Source: the human T2T-CHM13v2.0 reference genome, Homo sapiens
Assembly (NCBI RefSeq): GCF_009914755.1
Contig: NC_060931.1
Length of the DNA: 64,000 nucleotides
Direction: 5' to 3' (one strand)
Position 1 is the stretch's first letter, and every line of letters begins with the position of its first letter. This document shows positions 41,849 through 54,018 of this stretch, in pieces. Below the pieces are notes generated by a model. That model was given only the letters and a program-made list of their open reading frames with translations. It did not search any database and was not told the DNA's origin. The position numbers and the translations under genes were made by a program.

Positions 41849-42575
41849 TCTACACATTGATCCACTGACTTGTAGATTACAGAGAAGAAGGTTGAAGACA
41901 CCTGTTTTAAATTCCTTTATAGAATAACCAGATATTCTACCTAGAGTTTATAGAATTTTAAATTTTCAGGTTGTAATTATGTAGATTTTAGTTTAGAATA
42001 TCAGTCTGCATATGGGAAATATTCTGAGCTCAGGAAAACTTACTTCAATTACATCCTCAAAAATTGCTTTATTTTTCTCCAGGTACGGTAGCGTTTATCT
42101 TGGTTTGAGTTTCTGTTTTCTGTCTCCCTCTTTTTTTTTCTCATAGTTTCACCTTTGTTTCTTTTTTTAAACTCTCCAGGAAAAGTTATCAAATTAGTCC
42201 TTTGCATCTTTGAGTTTATTTCCTAGGCACCAAGCTATGATTTTTTTTCTGTAATAATAGTAGGATATTAATCCTACTAAATAATTATTTCTCATCAGAT
42301 TCATCTACTTGTATATCTGATCCTGCTGTCACTTTTTGTCTTTCTCTCTTTTCTCCTTATTACTTTTAACTGTTTTGTAGAAGCCATTTTTTTTTCATTT
42401 TTACTGGAAATTCTAAACAACTTTTTGAATTTTTTCCTCAGGATTCTACAATTGGTCATTTTCAGTTATAAGCAGTCTCCTTTCTTCCAAGTCCTCAGCA
42501 TGACTACTTCTTGTCCCTAATTTTACATTATGTTTCTATGGGCCCTAATTTGGACTTTTAAATTTAGTTATCTTT

Positions 42576-42980
42576 TTTTCATTTTTTAAAATTTAACTTT
42601 TATTTTAAGTTCAGAGGTACAAGAGCAGGTTTGTTACATAGGTAAACTTGTGTCATAGGGGTTTATTGTCCAGATTATTTCATCACCCATGGATTAAGCC
42701 TAGTACCCATTAGTTATTTTTCCTGATACTCTCTCTCCTCCCACCATCCAACCTCCAATAGGTCCCAGTGTGTGTTGTTCCCACATATGTGTCCATGTGT
42801 TCTCATCATTTCACTCCAGGTTATAAGTGAGAACGTGCAGTATTTGGTTTTCTGTTGCTGCTTTAGTTTGCTAAAGATAATGGCCTCCAGCTCCATCCAT
42901 GTTCCTGCAAAGGGCATGATCTCATTCTTTTGTATGGCTGCATGGTATTCCATGGTGTATACGTACCATATTTTCTTTAT
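42576..42980 (-). mobile_element. L1PA12/13-like 3' end (probably 3'-transduced; see findings)
   Basis: ggtaaacttgtgtcat...cagattatttcatcaccca...taagcctagtacccattagttatttttcctgat. Confidence 0.88.
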
Positions 42981-43476
42981 TTTTATTTATTTTTAATTTT
43001 TTATTATACTTTAAGTTCTGGGGTACATGTACAGAACATGCAGTTTTGTTACATAGGTATACACATGCCATGGTGGTTTGCTACACCCATCAACCTGTCA
43101 TCTACATTAGGTATTTCTCCTAATGCTATAAAGACACATGCACACGTATGTTTACTGCGGCACTATTCACAATAGAAAAGACTTGGAACCAACCCAAATG
43201 TCCATTAATGATAGACTGGCTAAAGAAAATGTGACACATATACACCATGGAATACTATGCAGCCATAAAAAAGGACGAGTTCACATCCTTTGCAGGGACA
43301 TGGATGAAGCTGGAAACCATAATTCTCAGCAAACTAACACAAGAACAGAAAACCAAACACCGCATGTTCTCACTCATAAATGGGAGTTGAACAATGAGAA
43401 CACATGGACACAGGGAGAGGAACATCACACACCAGGGCCTGTCAGGGGGTGGGGGGTTAGTGGAGGGATAGCATTA
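42981..43476 (-). mobile_element. L1PA7-like, 5'-truncated with 5' inversion
   Basis: Antisense poly-A and 3'UTR at 42981-43128, then the adjacent upstream segment in the opposite orientation at about 43126-43476 (ctataaagacacatgcac...ggagggatagcatta). Confidence 0.92.
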
Positions 43477-44157
43477 AATTTAGTTATCTTTAAGTAAGAT
43501 AAGAATAATAAAGAGGTTGTGTTTGAAAATAAAGGATTTTGTTTTGCCCACTTTCTTCTCCTTATTAACTGCAAATATTTAAATCTCCATCTAGAAGCCT
43601 GAGTGGAGCCTGCCCCAAGCCCATTCCCAACTTTTCACAGTCTATGTCCCCACCATCACTTTGTAACAACTTTACCTCCAAGGATGTAACTTGCCATTAG
43701 GTGTAACCCTTTACTGGCTTGTTCTGGCTTGTTCTCTGGGGCTTGCTTTACTGGCTTGTTCTCTGGGGTTTGCTCCTCTAAATGACGTGGAAGGATGAAA
43801 GGCAGTTTAGACATGCTCAGAAAGCCTCCAAAAGCAGCAACTGTGTGGTGGAGGTGGGATTCCATAATTTTTTGTTGGAGCAAGTTCTGGTTCTCTGGGT
43901 TATGAGCTGTTTCATGAAGCAAAGTTTGGGAATGCAAACAATCAGAAGTTTGGATTATCTTGACCAAGTTCTATCAGCCTTGTAGATTCCAAAGAGTGCT
44001 CCCAGATTCTGGCAATAGATCTTCTGTAAGGTTTGGTTTCCTGTCTTGCTATTTTTATGTATTTTTCTGTCTTCATAGCATTAAAGGGGGAAGGTGGAAG
44101 AGGCTACCTCATGACAGTCAACTGCAAGAGGTCAGGTCTCCTCCTGCTCAGGATAAC

Positions 44158-44543
44158 TGTAAAATGTGCTGGGAATATAACATTCTGAAATAAGGAGGGA
44201 CTGTTCAGAACAGCCCGGGCTCTGTTCCTATCTATTCTAAACAGGATTTTCTGCAAAGCTTTAGCTCTGTGCACCCAGTTTCCCCCAAGGTATAAAACCC
44301 AGGGCAGAATGCTTTCAGGGTCCCTCAGTTGCAGTGTGACGTGGAGCACTCACAGACAAGACTCTGTTCATCCTGGACAGCTTTCCTGAAAGTTGGGCAC
44401 CAGCCCACCTTAATGCTAGGTTTCTATTATCCATCTTCTCCTCTGTGTGTAATAGATAAGAAGATCGATTAACTTGTGTGAGTATTCTGTCTCACCAGAC
44501 TCATTCAAGTAGAGTGACAGGTGCATGGTGAACCTGCTTCACA
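44158..44543 (+). mobile_element. LTR47-like (ERVL) solo LTR
   Basis: gaaataaggagggactg...aacagcccgggctctgttcc; TATA box tataaaa at 44291; ends ggtgaacctgcttcaca; 5' boundary uncertain. Confidence 0.7.
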
Positions 44544-44805
44544 CCAGTCAGATTCCAAGAGTTTTTTAAATCAGATTCCAAGAGTTTTTATATACTATTT
44601 ATCTTATATTGAGGTTTTTATTATAAAATGAGTACATTTATAACATAGAAAATATATTTTAAGAAATGTAATAACCATTATTAAGCCTTTCTGGTACATA
44701 TTCTTTCTGTTTTTCTTAATGCCATCTTTATACTTTTTATCATACAGATGTTAGACTATATGAGAATTGTCCCTGTGTTTAAAAATAGACAACAGGATTT
44801 AGATA

Positions 44806-45530
44806 TTCATTCATTCATTCAATGATCAATAAGTTAATATTTAAGCATTTGTTCGTTCGTAAACTGCCAGGCCATGTTAGGTGGCAGAGATTGAGAATGG
44901 GAAGGTTTTTGCCCTCAGGGAGTTCAAGGTCTGGCAGGGAAGAGGGATGGGTCAATAAGTAAATACTGTATAATGGAATATGGTTGCTACTGTAGAGGTA
45001 GGTTCAGGGAACATTAGAAACAGGAAAGCGGGCACAAACCCCAGACAAAGTAGGTCAGGGAAGTATTTCCAAGGAGGAAAAACTTGGACTGGGTCTTTAA
45101 CAATGACTAAGTGCTCCTCAGGTAGACAAGTTGGGTGTTGGGGGCAGGATGGGAAGGAAGTATGTTCCAATAAAAGAGGACAGCTTATATAAAGCATGAA
45201 AGAGAGACCGGAGCATGCTCAAAGAACTGCAAAGAGTGTTCCATGACTGGAGCACAGGGAGTGGGCACACTCTTGAGAGCTTAAGTTTATATACCATACA
45301 CAGTAGTTTTATTTTCAATCTTGAAGCCACATGGAGCCCCGATGAGTTTAAGAGAGGGAGTACCTTCTCAGCTGTAACTTTACATGACCCATGCCGGATA
45401 GATGGATGGATGGATTAGAGGCAGTTGAGGAGGAGTGACTAATAGGAGAACTAGGGGTGATGCTTCTGTAGTTCTCGTGTGAGTTAATGAAGGCCTGGAC
45501 TCTGGGAATGGAGGTGGGCATCTTCTCAGT
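44806..45530 (-). mobile_element. L2 fragment
   Basis: ttcattcattcattcaa tail; tgccctcagggagttcaaggtctggcaggg. Confidence 0.75.
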
Positions 45531-45751
45531 CTTGCAGAATGCCATCTTTTATGGGTAGAGATGATGCTGTGTCTACCTTCCACAAGAAGAAAATATATTC
45601 CATGAATATTTAGTCATGTATAGTTTCTTTCATACATTATGTTTCACTGATTCATCATGTCTTTCCCATTCTCCATTGTCCCAGATATATATCCCTCCCT
45701 ATTCCTTTGAGAGTACCTCTTTCCTAAGATGTACTTCTCCATGGTCTGTAC

Positions 45752-45983
45752 CAGGGGTCAGCAAACTATAGCCTGCATGACAAATCCAGCCTGCAGCCTT
45801 TTTTCTTTTTTGTAAATAAAGTTTTATTAGAACATAACCCAGCCCATTCACTTACCTAATATGTCTATGGCTACTTTTTATTACAATGGTAAAGTTGAGT
45901 AGTTTCAAAAGAGATCATATGTGGCCCACAAAGCCTGAAATATTTACTATCTGGTCATTTACAGAACAACTTTGCTGACCTCT
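45752..45983. mobile_element. MER58A hAT MITE, near complete
   Basis: Terminal inverted repeats caggggtcagcaaac ... tttgctgacctct; internal tgtaaataaagttttattagaaca, gcctgaaatatttactatctgg. Confidence 0.88.
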
Positions 45984-46849
45984 TAACTACTTAGTTTATC
46001 CAAATCTTGCTCATTCCTAAAAGTCCAGCTCAAAGTTTCTCTTATGTTCTGGGACCACAGTGATGTTTCTCTTTCCTCTGAATTGGTAGTTATTACTGTT
46101 TGGGTCACATATTATTTTAGTTATCCTATATATTGTCTTGAGTTTTTTTCTCTTCCAAAAGCTTAGATTTTTAAATATACAAACTATACATGTAAGATTT
46201 TTTGGAAACAGGGACCAGATATGCTGGCTGTCTATAATATGCAAGGCATAGTTCTCTGGATTCCTCAGTGAAGTTGTTTGCCCACTCCCACTCCCACTCC
46301 CACCTCCGACTGCCATCCTCTCCCCAGGTGATATGTGCAACACAACTTTAAGATACTTGCACACAATGGTGATATATACTTGAGAGATAGCTATGTGAGA
46401 TTAAAGATACAATTGGATCCCCATGTAAGAGTCACAGAGTTTATTTCTTTCTTTGTTAATAGCTTCTGAGAGGGTGAATTAGCAGATATCTATAAAGGGC
46501 TAATGCTCACTAGTATCATTACTCTTCAAAAATCAATTGCCTAGGTCAATCCTCCAGCCTTCATTGGTTTTGAAGGAATGTTTGCTCCTTTCAAACTACA
46601 GTTAGATATTAAATATATCCACATATTAAGCATTGAGAAAAGCTGGAGAAGTGTGTAAATACTCTAAGCATATGTGTTTTATGGTGCAAATATTGAGAAG
46701 TTTACAAAGCAGTAATATGTTTCGGTCTCTGGTGTGCTCTGCAGCCACCTCCCTAACTCTGTTTCCATGTTCTCTCAGTCAAGTTTACTTATGAACTAAA
46801 CGGTATTCTACTAGGGAGGTGAGGTATAGCACTGCATGCTCTCTTTACG

Positions 46850-47010
46850 TGAGAGATGGTATTGCCAAGTGGTACAGGACTCAGGGTCTGGAGTCAAATC
46901 AAATAGATGCTAACTCAGAGGGCAGTTGTGACAATTCCATGAGATCATGCATGTCATATAGTGCTTGGAATATATAAGCAATCAATAAATCTTAGCTATA
47001 ATTATTATTC
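46850..47010 (+). mobile_element. MIR fragment(s)
   Basis: gggtctggagtcaaa; tagtgcttggaatatataagcaatcaataaatcttagcta. Confidence 0.6.
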
Positions 47011-48299
47011 TTATCATATTATGAGACAAGTACTTTTCTCTTAGAAAATATATCCAGCAAATAGTTACGTATGGTTTCTTTGAGACATGGATATAATGGG
47101 CTACTTGAAAGGATGCTAGCGATCCGGTATCCTAAATATCTCATCAGTGAGAACATGGCCGTTTTCTTTTGGATGGTGCCCTAGAAGATAGCAAATAAGA
47201 GCTCTTACTCTGAAACCAGTTGAATACAAAAGCCTCTTGCAGGGACTCTAATCACTATTTTATCTTAAATAATAAAAACATTAAAGACAAGGAAAAATAA
47301 CCTTCCAGAACTGATATTACATCCCATGAACACATTGTAATTGTATTTCTTTTCTTTTGCATAAAACAACAAGTCTTATGTTAATATAGCCAAAGACAAC
47401 CTGAAATGTGCAATCTGTGCAGAAACAGAATTGCAAATGTTTGATCAGGAGAGCAGGAAGCTCACGTTCTGCTACTCCACTCCCAAAATAGAAAACCTAT
47501 TTAGCACTTTGTAAAACACGCTAAATGAAGTTTGCTCTCTCCTGCAGATAGAGATTTTACTTCATTTTGTGCCAGTGAAATTTTTGAAAATTACATGAGG
47601 AGAGAGCAATTTTTGGCACTTTGGCTAGGAGTACAAAATGTTAGCAAATGGTGCTGAAAGGATCTTAAGTGTAATGTTGGAATAATATTCACACAACACT
47701 GGCTGCATCTTCGTTTTTAACCTATTTACATATTCACAGGGAAAAATGCTTAGCAGTTATTTGTCTAAAGGGGCCTATTTAAGGGGAAAATGGCATTCAC
47801 AATTTTTGAATACATTAGTCAAGAAGGTTGCTGTGAATAACAATTCATAAAGAAAAATATCATTTCAACTATCATAGAAGGAGTAGCAGGATATAGGTGG
47901 AGAAATTTTGGACATCAATGTTAGTTCTGGACATAGAAAGAAAAGGAGGAAAAGAAGGGAGTGAGAAACATAATACATACCAGAAATTTCCACAGTGTAA
48001 GTGGACACAGAAAGAGCCACTAAACAAAGCTGAAAAAACTGACAGAATTTCCCGAGTTCTAACATGACTTTTAATTTCTGACCACTTGCTATGTACAGAA
48101 ATGGAAGTATCCATCTTAAAAAGGGAATATCCTTTCATTCAAAATGTATTTAACAGCTATCTTCTGTATCTGTGGCACAACCATAGAAACTGTGGCATAT
48201 AGAAATCGCTATATATTTTTTGCCCACAAGGAACTTGCAGTCAAGTTAGAGAGAGAATACTGTAGTCAAGAGACACCGAATAGGTATTTAGGAGGTATA

Positions 48300-48730
48300 G
48301 AGCCGAAGCACCAACCTCTGGGTATAGGTTGGCTTCTACAGAAGGAATTTTGGATGGATACTTGTGAAAATAAGTGAAAGAAGAAGGACTGAGCAGAAAC
48401 CAAACTGCAATTTTTTGCAAGTCAGTTTTTTTTGCAGACGATTGCATATCAAACTGCAGTGCAGCCCTGACAAAGCCTCGGCCACTCACCTAGGGGTGGG
48501 GCGTGGTGCTGAAGCATATATCAGCTGTCTGAGCTTTCTCACATTGGGCCAAAACGGCCCAATGTTTTTTTCCCCTGCCTGGATCAGTCACTGGATGTGA
48601 ACCACCCTGAGGAGGTGTGACGTCCAATAAGGTCGCTTTCTGCGACAGAGGTGGAGCCTCCCTGAGCTGAGGACTGGGGACTCTGTTGAAAGTCCCCCTC
48701 GCTATTGGGTGCAGCACATCACTGAAGATG
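48300..48730 (-). mobile_element. LTR16-like (ERVL) LTR relic
   Basis: aaactgcagtgcag...aaagcctcggcca...gatcagtcactggatgtg...ggaggtgtgac. Confidence 0.55.
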
Positions 48731-49414
48731 CTCTGGGTGGCACAGCTTTGTGTCTACCCTAATTCATTTGTAAAGCTTTTTGAGAACTGCAAATTAAAGC
48801 ATCCATTAATGAAGGTGAATGGAAATTCAGCAGATAGATCTAGCAATGAACTTTTATTAAACCAATATGTACAGATGGTTTAATACAGAGATCATTCATA
48901 AACCAATGTGTTTTACTACTGTGTTTTATCAGTACATCCTGTGTGTTTTCTATAGCCCACTAGTTCCATAAAATATTGATAATTTTTCTCCAAAAAAATA
49001 TTCTGTGGTGAAAAAATTTGGAGAGGGTAGAAAATTAAGGTAATTTTTCTGAGGTACAACAAAATATCTAGGAAATTAAGATAATTTTTCTGAGGTACAA
49101 CAAAATATCTAGCCGGTCCAATCCTTTGGACTTTAAGACAGCTAATCTTGACCAACACTGAAGACAGCCAACTTGGTGCTATAGAAGGGCCCCTATCCTT
49201 TTCAACTATACCCCAAGCCATCAATAAGCTGCTACTTCCAACAATATATGAAGTCATGGAACACATATGTGTATGTAGACAGCAACAAGACTTCTGCAGA
49301 TCACTTCTGTGCCAGTATCCCATTGTCATCTGGTCCCAGTGTTTACTTGTCAAGAAGAGTCTGATTTAATTGAAGTTGAACCAAGCCCTGCTCCCATGTT
49401 CTTCCACATTGTGT

Positions 49415-49580
49415 CCTTTCATCCCCACAAACACCCTGTGTAATAAATATTATTATTTCCCATTTTTAGATGAGGAAACCAAGAGTGAGAGAGGTTTAGA
49501 GATCTCCCTAAAAAATGTTGCATTTTTGGTAAACAGCCGATTAGACTTGAACATAGGTCTGTGACTTTAAATCCATTGTT
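49415..49580 (-). mobile_element. MIR
   Basis: cccatttttagatgaggaaaccaag...gagaggtt. Confidence 0.75.
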
Positions 49581-49620
49581 CTTCCCACTCTCCATCTGAT
49601 CCATCATCCTAACACCGTCC

Positions 49621-49915
49621 ATCAGTATATCCCATGTGTTTTCTGTAGCCCACTAGTTCCATGAAATATTAGTAATGTTTCCCAAAAAAGGGTTCTGTGG
49701 TCAAACAAATTTGGAAATCACTAAGCTAAACAAAGTTAAACAGAGTTTCTTTTCAACACAGGAAGTCTCAGAACATGTTCATGCTAATATGCCTTAAGAA
49801 GCTATAAATAGCTCAAAGGCAGAGGTTTCCATAACTGACTTGACCACAAAAATATTTTTTCCTATGGGCATCTTGAAAAACTAAGGATCAACAGAACAAA
49901 CTATGGGAAATTCCG
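49621..49915. mobile_element. Charlie4-like hAT relic
   Basis: cactagttcca...aaaagggttctgtggtcaaacaaatttgg...aaacaaagttaaacag...ttgaccaca. Confidence 0.65.
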
Positions 49916-50291
49916 CTGCACAAGACTTGAAACAATCCCTCTCCTTCAGCTAGATGTCAGAAAAGTCCTCTTTGTCTTGTGAGTTGATGAGAAGACAGGA
50001 TTTCATCTCTGAAAGGGAACAGGTTCCAGCCTCCTGGGCATGTTCTCCAGGCAGTAGATGGGCACCTCGCCCAATGTGTCCTTCATCTGACTTGATGGTA
50101 CCAAGCCACTGCAGGAGACACAGCCATTTAGGGAGACAGCTCAGGGCTTTTTCTCACAGCTTTAGCATGAAAGGAGAGAAAGATAAGAAATTCTGAAGAA
50201 ACACAGATTTGTAAATAACAACAACAACACTGTAGGTCCCTAAAAGACATTACTTAGAATTTAAATGAAACCCCCCAAGTTCCAAATTTAA

Positions 50292-50341
50292 ACACAAACA
50301 CACAGAAACACACACAGATGCGCGCACACACACACACACAC
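50292..50341. repeat. Imperfect (CA)n microsatellite with a (GC)n core
   Basis: acacaaacacacagaaacacacacagatgcgcgcacacacacacacacac. Confidence 0.9.
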
Positions 50342-51145
50342 TCAGAGCTCCAAAACTCTCACCATGTAAAAGTGGCCCAACAGCAACAATCCTTTACAAA
50401 ATATATAAATTTCTCTCTTTTTTAAATATCTTTAGACAGTGACCTTTTCATGTGTATCAGGTTAATTTCATCTGTGCAATCTGATAGCAATTGCTTCCCA
50501 GAGCTAGTCTGGTTTTCAGTTTGCCAATGGTGTTTTCAGGTGTGGAGATCTGTGATTTACATTTCCATCTGACTGTTGTCTTTGGACATCTGTGCCTCTG
50601 GGTTACTAGGACTAAGAGGAAAGCAGTTACTCATGGAGAAAAATGAAGGGTGGGTAGGATGAATAACAGCAAAGTCAGTAGTCTAAGACACCACAGACTC
50701 CATGTTCTCCAGAAGAACAGCTTTGAACTGCACGTGGGTGGCAAGTCAAGGATTGGTTCTTATTAGTATTGCCATAAATTCCCTAAACTTTGTAGGAAAT
50801 GTCACCTCTTGTGGCCAGTGGTAATAAATTAGGGATCAAGAGAGCTTAAAATTCCATGTTGGAAAAGGTGTTAGGCTCTTCCTTCAAGATTCCAATTAAA
50901 AACACTCTTTTAAATCATGATTTCCCTTATCTTATTAAAATTGTAGAAGATATTTTTCAAAGATAACTATTAATACTTAAAATAAATTAGGAGACAATAT
51001 GTGAGGAAGTTTTTCTGGAATATCCAAACTATCAAATGCAATTCACGTTAGGTAGACTCAAGAAAAAAAAAATCCAAAGGCAGAGTCAAGAACTAGGACA
51101 GAGTCAAAGGCAGCATCTCTATTCATAGGTAAAAGGCATGTGTGA

Positions 51146-51512
<367 letters not shown>

Positions 51513-52604
51513 GCAAAAGGGTTTTAAGATGCAAAAACATGGGTCAAAAATTGCACTGGCCTCAAGTCTGGAAATTACTTTATTCAGAGGCTTTAGAGCA
51601 GAGCAGATGGCCCTCAGTTTGAATATTTAACATGTTGCCACTTGTCATTGTAATTCATACCTCTTCCCATCTCTTTGAACTTTTATTTCCCATTGCTTTG
51701 GATAGCATGTAAAATTGAGGTAATAATGTTGTCTGAAAAGATAAAAATGTCTCTTCATCTGCAGGATTCATTTAAATGCAATTGAATCATGAAGAATTTA
51801 ATAAAATTAAATGCACACTCAAGTCAAGTGAACACTTTATATTGAAATAATATTTATTGCTTTATTTTATTGTTTTATTTGTGTTTACTGGCTATTTGTA
51901 TTTCTTCTGTTGTATATTGCCTGTTCATGTCTGTTGCCCATTTGTTAAATGAGAGTGTGTTTTTCCCACTAATTCTACATTAAGGATGCAAATTATTTGA
52001 ATTCTATATATATTGTACATATTTTGGTAAACTAGTTTGGGCATATTTAGGATATGATAAAGTATCTTCTCTTCTTTGTAAAAAATTGAGGGAAATCATA
52101 GAAAAATAATCACCAACACAAAAAGAATAGAGAAAATTTATTTATCTAGTATCAAGATATATGCTACATAAATGATCCAATCCATTATTTGGATTATTTT
52201 AATTTTTATGGTCACCAAATATTAATTTTTGAAACTTTGAAGGCATAATAGATTTTAGGTATAATACTATTTAAAACCCCAAAGAAATCTAAGCTACTTT
52301 AGGAAAACTTTCTTTTTCATCTTCAGTTATGTTTCCCAAAGAATGAAGTACAGTTTTTCCCAATTTGTACTCAAATTATTTGAATGTGAAATGAAAAGTT
52401 AATTGTGTGAATTAAAACACACACTCATATCGTTAATCACTCAAGCATGCATTGAAGAGTCTGTGAACGGAATAAAAATGATCCCCCTTTTCTTTGTTTC
52501 CACTTTTTTTGTAGTTTTGACAGAACCATTAATGTTGACACACTAGCACAATCTGTTGGATTTTCTAGTAGCTACAGCACCATGGTTTTGGAGATTCCTC
52601 AATT

Positions 52605-52855
52605 CTAATAACAATAATGGTGGACAGGGTTAATGTGCCAAGCACTAAGCTACATGCTTTTCATGCATGACCTAATACAACAATTCTATGGTGGCAGGTA
52701 CTATGATCTCCATTTTACATATGTGCAAAATGTAGGCACCAGAGATGTAAATAGTCATTTGATCAAAGTCACACAATAGTAAATGGTAAGGCCATGATTC
52801 CCACCCAGGCCTCACTGTCTCCAGGAGCCATGTGCAGACAACTGTGGTACACTGC
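52605..52855 (-). mobile_element. MIR
   Basis: tgtgccaagcactaagc...ctccattttaca...aagtcacacaatagtaaatgg. Confidence 0.75.
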
Positions 52856-53269
52856 CTGTCAAAACACAGAACAAAACAAAAAAAGGCAGATATCAGATTC
52901 AGCTGTTTAAAAAATGGAAGGTAGATTCCTAATAGGAAAAAATGGAGGAAATCTGACTGTTTTCTAGATCTGACTTATTTAACAAATTGCTCACCTACTT
53001 ATTGGGATCTACAGAGATAATTGCCTAGCTCTTGAGTTCAGACTCTAACAGGGAACCAGACACATAAACAAATAAACATTATTTACTTTTCCAGGCAGGA
53101 GGCAATTAAGGTGATTTCAGCTAAGGGTGGTAAGAGAGGTGGGACAGAAGTAATTGTTGTAGCCAGGACCCAGCAATGGGAAGAGGAATGGCATCAGGAG
53201 GGCAAATGGACTTACTTTAGAGAAGAGTCGTGATAGTTGATAACAACCTGTACAGATTAAGTTCATTAA

Positions 53270-53460
53270 GTCCAATAATGCCACGTACTATGCTAAGAAT
53301 CAACTTTCTCATTTATTCCTCCCAATAACTAATCTATATCATTATTACCTTTGCATTACAGATGAGGAAACTGAGATGAGTTACCTAATCTTCCCGAAGT
53401 CAGCTTGCTAGTAAGCGTTGGAACAAGGCAGGAATGCAAGCCATCCTCCACCTAACAACA
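53270..53460 (-). mobile_element. MIR
   Basis: ttacagatgaggaaactgag core. Confidence 0.75.
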
Positions 53461-54018
53461 CAGTCCTCTCTTTTTCTTCTGAAAGAGGATAAAATGAAGT
53501 AGTGGCAAACGACAGAGAAATGTTTGTCTGTTGGGGGGCCGGGGAATTATACTTAATAGTGTCTATTTCTTTATGCAATTGGAAGCTAGGCCATCTGCCC
53601 CAAATGAGGGAATATGATTGAGGGGGAGACTTACAGAGAGTTGTAAACATTCATATCCAGCTAGAAGCTGAACAGAGAAGAGTATGTTTAAATGGTTTGC
53701 AGAGCAATGATGAGAGTGCACTTAAGGAAGGAAGCCCTATATTTGTAATGGAGGGCACATTCACAGTTATTCAATGTTGTGCAAACAATGACATTTGGGC
53801 AAGAAGTACTCATACTAGAGTTCACTAGGGAAAATTCATGGATACAGAAGACATAGGTCTCCACCTTTCACTTAATTCTACAACATGAGAGTCCAGGCCA
53901 AGTTTCAGATTTGAGTAGAAAGAGCTGAACTTAGGGCTGTGGAGTTGTGAAGCTTCCCCAATAGAAAGTGTCATCCCTCTCCTAGTATAATCAAGGACTG
54001 GGATACAAATGTCATAAA

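Noticed and set aside
47460-47560. Another minus-strand AG...GT-bounded segment
   Set aside because: Weak sites and AT-rich content, within chance expectation.
49028-49112. Direct repeats as a possible CRISPR-like array
   Set aside because: Only two abutting copies with no spacers, in a eukaryotic context without cas genes.
48916-49353. 145-aa minus-strand ORF, the longest non-L1 ORF
   Set aside because: It runs through a tandem duplication and a Charlie relic, and shows no recognisable domain.
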